Of a stretch of DNA of 64,000 nucleotides, positions 61,405-64,000 are shown in pieces. Within the stretch, counting starts at the first letter, position 1, and each line of letters opens with the position of its first letter. The notes beneath the pieces were generated by a model. It did no database searches, was not told the origin of the DNA, and saw nothing but the letters and a program-made list of their open reading frames with translations. The position numbers and the translations under genes were made by a program. The DNA comes from Eutreptiella sp. 'Long Island Sound 2002' (Eukaryota > Protista > Euglenida). The DNA lies in assembly GCA_964036045.1 (NCBI GenBank), contig OZ038379.1, positions 32,736,001 to 32,800,000 of the forward strand. The letters are read 5' to 3'.

Positions 61405-64000
61405 GCGGCAAGAAGAAAGTGGTGCCCTGAAGGTCACACATCGGAGCACATGATGGTGCACTGCATAATGCGTTGCCAGGGTCAAAGAGCCGGCCTGGCA
61501 TGTGGTTTTGGACTGCCCACCATGCTCCACAAGCCAGGATCACCGCATGGTACCAAAATCACAAGAGCTGTGCAGGTGCGTCCTATTCCGAGTGGGCGTC
61601 CCATGATTGGTCTCTGATATGACATGCTTGTGGTCAAGATCGGTTCTGGGATGGTGGTTTGGGAAGAGTGTTGCATGTGTGGTGCGAAGATGATTGAAAG
61701 GTCCTTGGTGGTGCCATGTTGCGGGTCCTTGGGGGCACAGCGCCAATTATTACACTGTGTATCCCGGTAATACCCTTGAAAACCACCCACCTACGGAAGC
61801 ATGCATGTGCAATTCCAAAACTGCGCAATTGAAACGTGCCGTGTTCTCATCATCACATTTGTCCAAAAACATGTATTGGACCCAATATATTTGGGTTCCA
61901 TTTGTTAAAGAACACATGAAAATATATTAAGGGCTACTTGGGAACCTCAATCTCACAAGTATGTTCACACATGCAACCTGAACACAAGTAACGGTCACAA
62001 GTGGAGCATTCGGAGGTTTCCCTTTTGCTGCAAACTTAGCAGAGATAGGTTTTATCATCATCCTCCTCCACAAGTAGGGGAGGGGAAATGATGCTACAAT
62101 TATGTACAATGCCAACGGCACACTATGACAATGCTGTGTGGGTGCCCATGCCCATCACACACCCCAAAAGCTAAGCTACCGGGAGTGGAAAATAGCCGAC
62201 TTTTCGCACAGCGCACGCACAGCACACGGTGCGCCCCCCTTGGGTGTGCGGTAGTGTGTGTTGTGGTTGTGGGTATGGTGGCTCTTGCACTCCCCATAGT
62301 GTTGTACCCTGTGGCTGTGATGGTGGCTCATGCACTTGTCCCTCATCCCACGGTGCTAGTGCTCATGGAATCATCTATTGGCATCGTGATCCTGGTACCT
62401 CCCACTGTTCTATCTATCCCGGGTGTGCAAATCTGGGCAGCTGCTGACGGCTTGGTGCCTTGCACGGGTCGTGTTGTGGCAAACACACTAGCGCATGAGC
62501 TCCCTATTCCGTTGCCTATTCTCCCTGGGGCATCCTGAAATTGGCTTGCATTTTGGGACACGGACGTCCACCCCCCCCCCCCCTTCTGGCGAGCCGTGAC
62601 AGGGACTATGAAGACGGGTAGACACTGCCCTTGCCTAGCCCTCCCCCTCAATGCTGCAAATAGTGGTGGTATTTGTTTCTGGTTCTTTCTGGTTGCATCC
62701 CATAGCACAAAGGGGGAGGGGTACAACACTATGCCCCCTCCCCCCTTGGCAATTAGTCTCATGCAGACGTCAAAGAAGATAAATTAGATGAATCCACTGA
62801 AGCGCAATCAGAACTTGCGCTATCATTGTCAGAGCTTGCGGTGCTGTCTAAAAAGAGATAAACCCCTTTCCTAGCTGGGGGGAGCAAATAAAAGAGGCGT
62901 TGTGTCTACCATTTTAGCCCTTAGGGGACGGGGGGGGGGGGTCCGAGTACGTATTTGCTCAGCCCACTTTATAAGGGTTGGGCATTGTGGCTCCTGATGA
63001 GCAGCCCCAAGAGGTCTCGTTCTAAAGTTGTTCTTTTTCCCCCTTTCCTCCTCACATTGCTCAAAGAAGGGTGCAGCACCTGCTAGATGCTAATTTCACT
63101 CACAAAATGCCCCAACCCTCCAGAGTCATACAAATAGACTTCAAAGATCACCGTTCAAAAGAAAAAAGCAGTACATGGAGCCCATAACATGGGTCCTGTC
63201 GCAGATGTCCATTTCCTAGACCCCCCCCCTCCGTGTGTGACCCGTGACCCCGCCACCCCTTGAGTGCAAGTCAAGTTTCCCCATCTCCTGTGTGTGAACA
63301 GGTGGCACCACCTTATCTTGTTCCACATTTCCAGAAGGCGGCTATTGGGGTGTTCGCTTGGGCAATCGCTCAAGCCACAACCGCACTTGCTTTGTAGAAT
63401 GAGGTGCTAGGCTCTTTCAATTGCTCTATTTGGGGTTCTTCTTGACGGTACCACCTTCTCGTGTGCATTTCGGAGCTGTACATGGTGGTGATGTTGATGA
63501 TGAGATGTTTCTGCTGTGTTTTGTGCTTTTTCTTGTCCCTAGATCGTGACCTTGGTCGCCTGTACTAGTGTGTGGAGGGATAACTTAAGGAGGAGCTAGA
63601 CTTGTACCTCCTTCTTTTTTGCTTGTGTGCTGACACGGACAATGAGTCGGACTCTAGGGGCGTCCCTGCAGTGCGCGCAAATTGCGTGCTACTTTTAGAC
63701 AAGTTTCCCCCTGAAGAGCCCCCGGGCACACCCCTTCCAAACACCCTTAAAATCAGGTACCCAAGCTCAATACAGCTACAAGCTACCTTCCCTTCACATA
63801 AGACATCATGCACAATGGGAAAAGCCATGAACGGCGATGGTCGCCACCCCGGGTATTGGTTAGGAATATAGGACACCAGATGTCTCAAGACACAGGGGTT
63901 TCCATGGCCATGCCTTGGCCAAGCAACCGAATGGCAGTTAATCAGAATAGAATCACAATCAGACCACAATATTCAAGCAAAATTTCAGAGTATCTAGGTT

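Noticed and set aside
1-64000. tRNA, rRNA or non-conventional euglenid introns
   Set aside because: No RNA gene was recognised by eye. The host-gene introns I could define are canonical GT-AG. tRNAscan/Infernal and RNA-seq would be needed to exclude these.

Overview
Repeat-dense eukaryotic genomic DNA, very probably from a photosynthetic euglenid. Two observations support this: a 24/26 match to the Euglena spliced-leader (SL) exon as I recall it, and a gene with a Euglena class I plastid-targeting presequence. Host-type coding sequence is sparse: (i) three exons of a membrane-anchored EGF-like plus beta-propeller glycoside-hydrolase-like gene (12946-9257, minus); (ii) one isolated type I PKS/FAS ER-end plus KR exon (49491-48943, minus); (iii) a two-exon plastid-targeted DUF1995-like gene (61404-59323, minus). 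The rest is transposon debris, satellites and tandem arrays. The main find is a full-length 9.3 kb non-LTR retrotransposon (30473-39815, minus) bounded by a 15-bp target-site duplication. It begins with an SL sequence, carries an AlkB-family 2OG-Fe(II) dioxygenase with intact catalytic motifs in ORF1, and has an APE-RT-RNase H ORF2. Next to it is a candidate 13.35 kb TIR element (40096-53450). This element contains a decayed multi-exon gene with palindromes that appear to lie in its introns, a hairpin-lattice foldback element, a 10-bp satellite and the PKS exon. All family assignments come from motif recognition by eye; no database searches were run.
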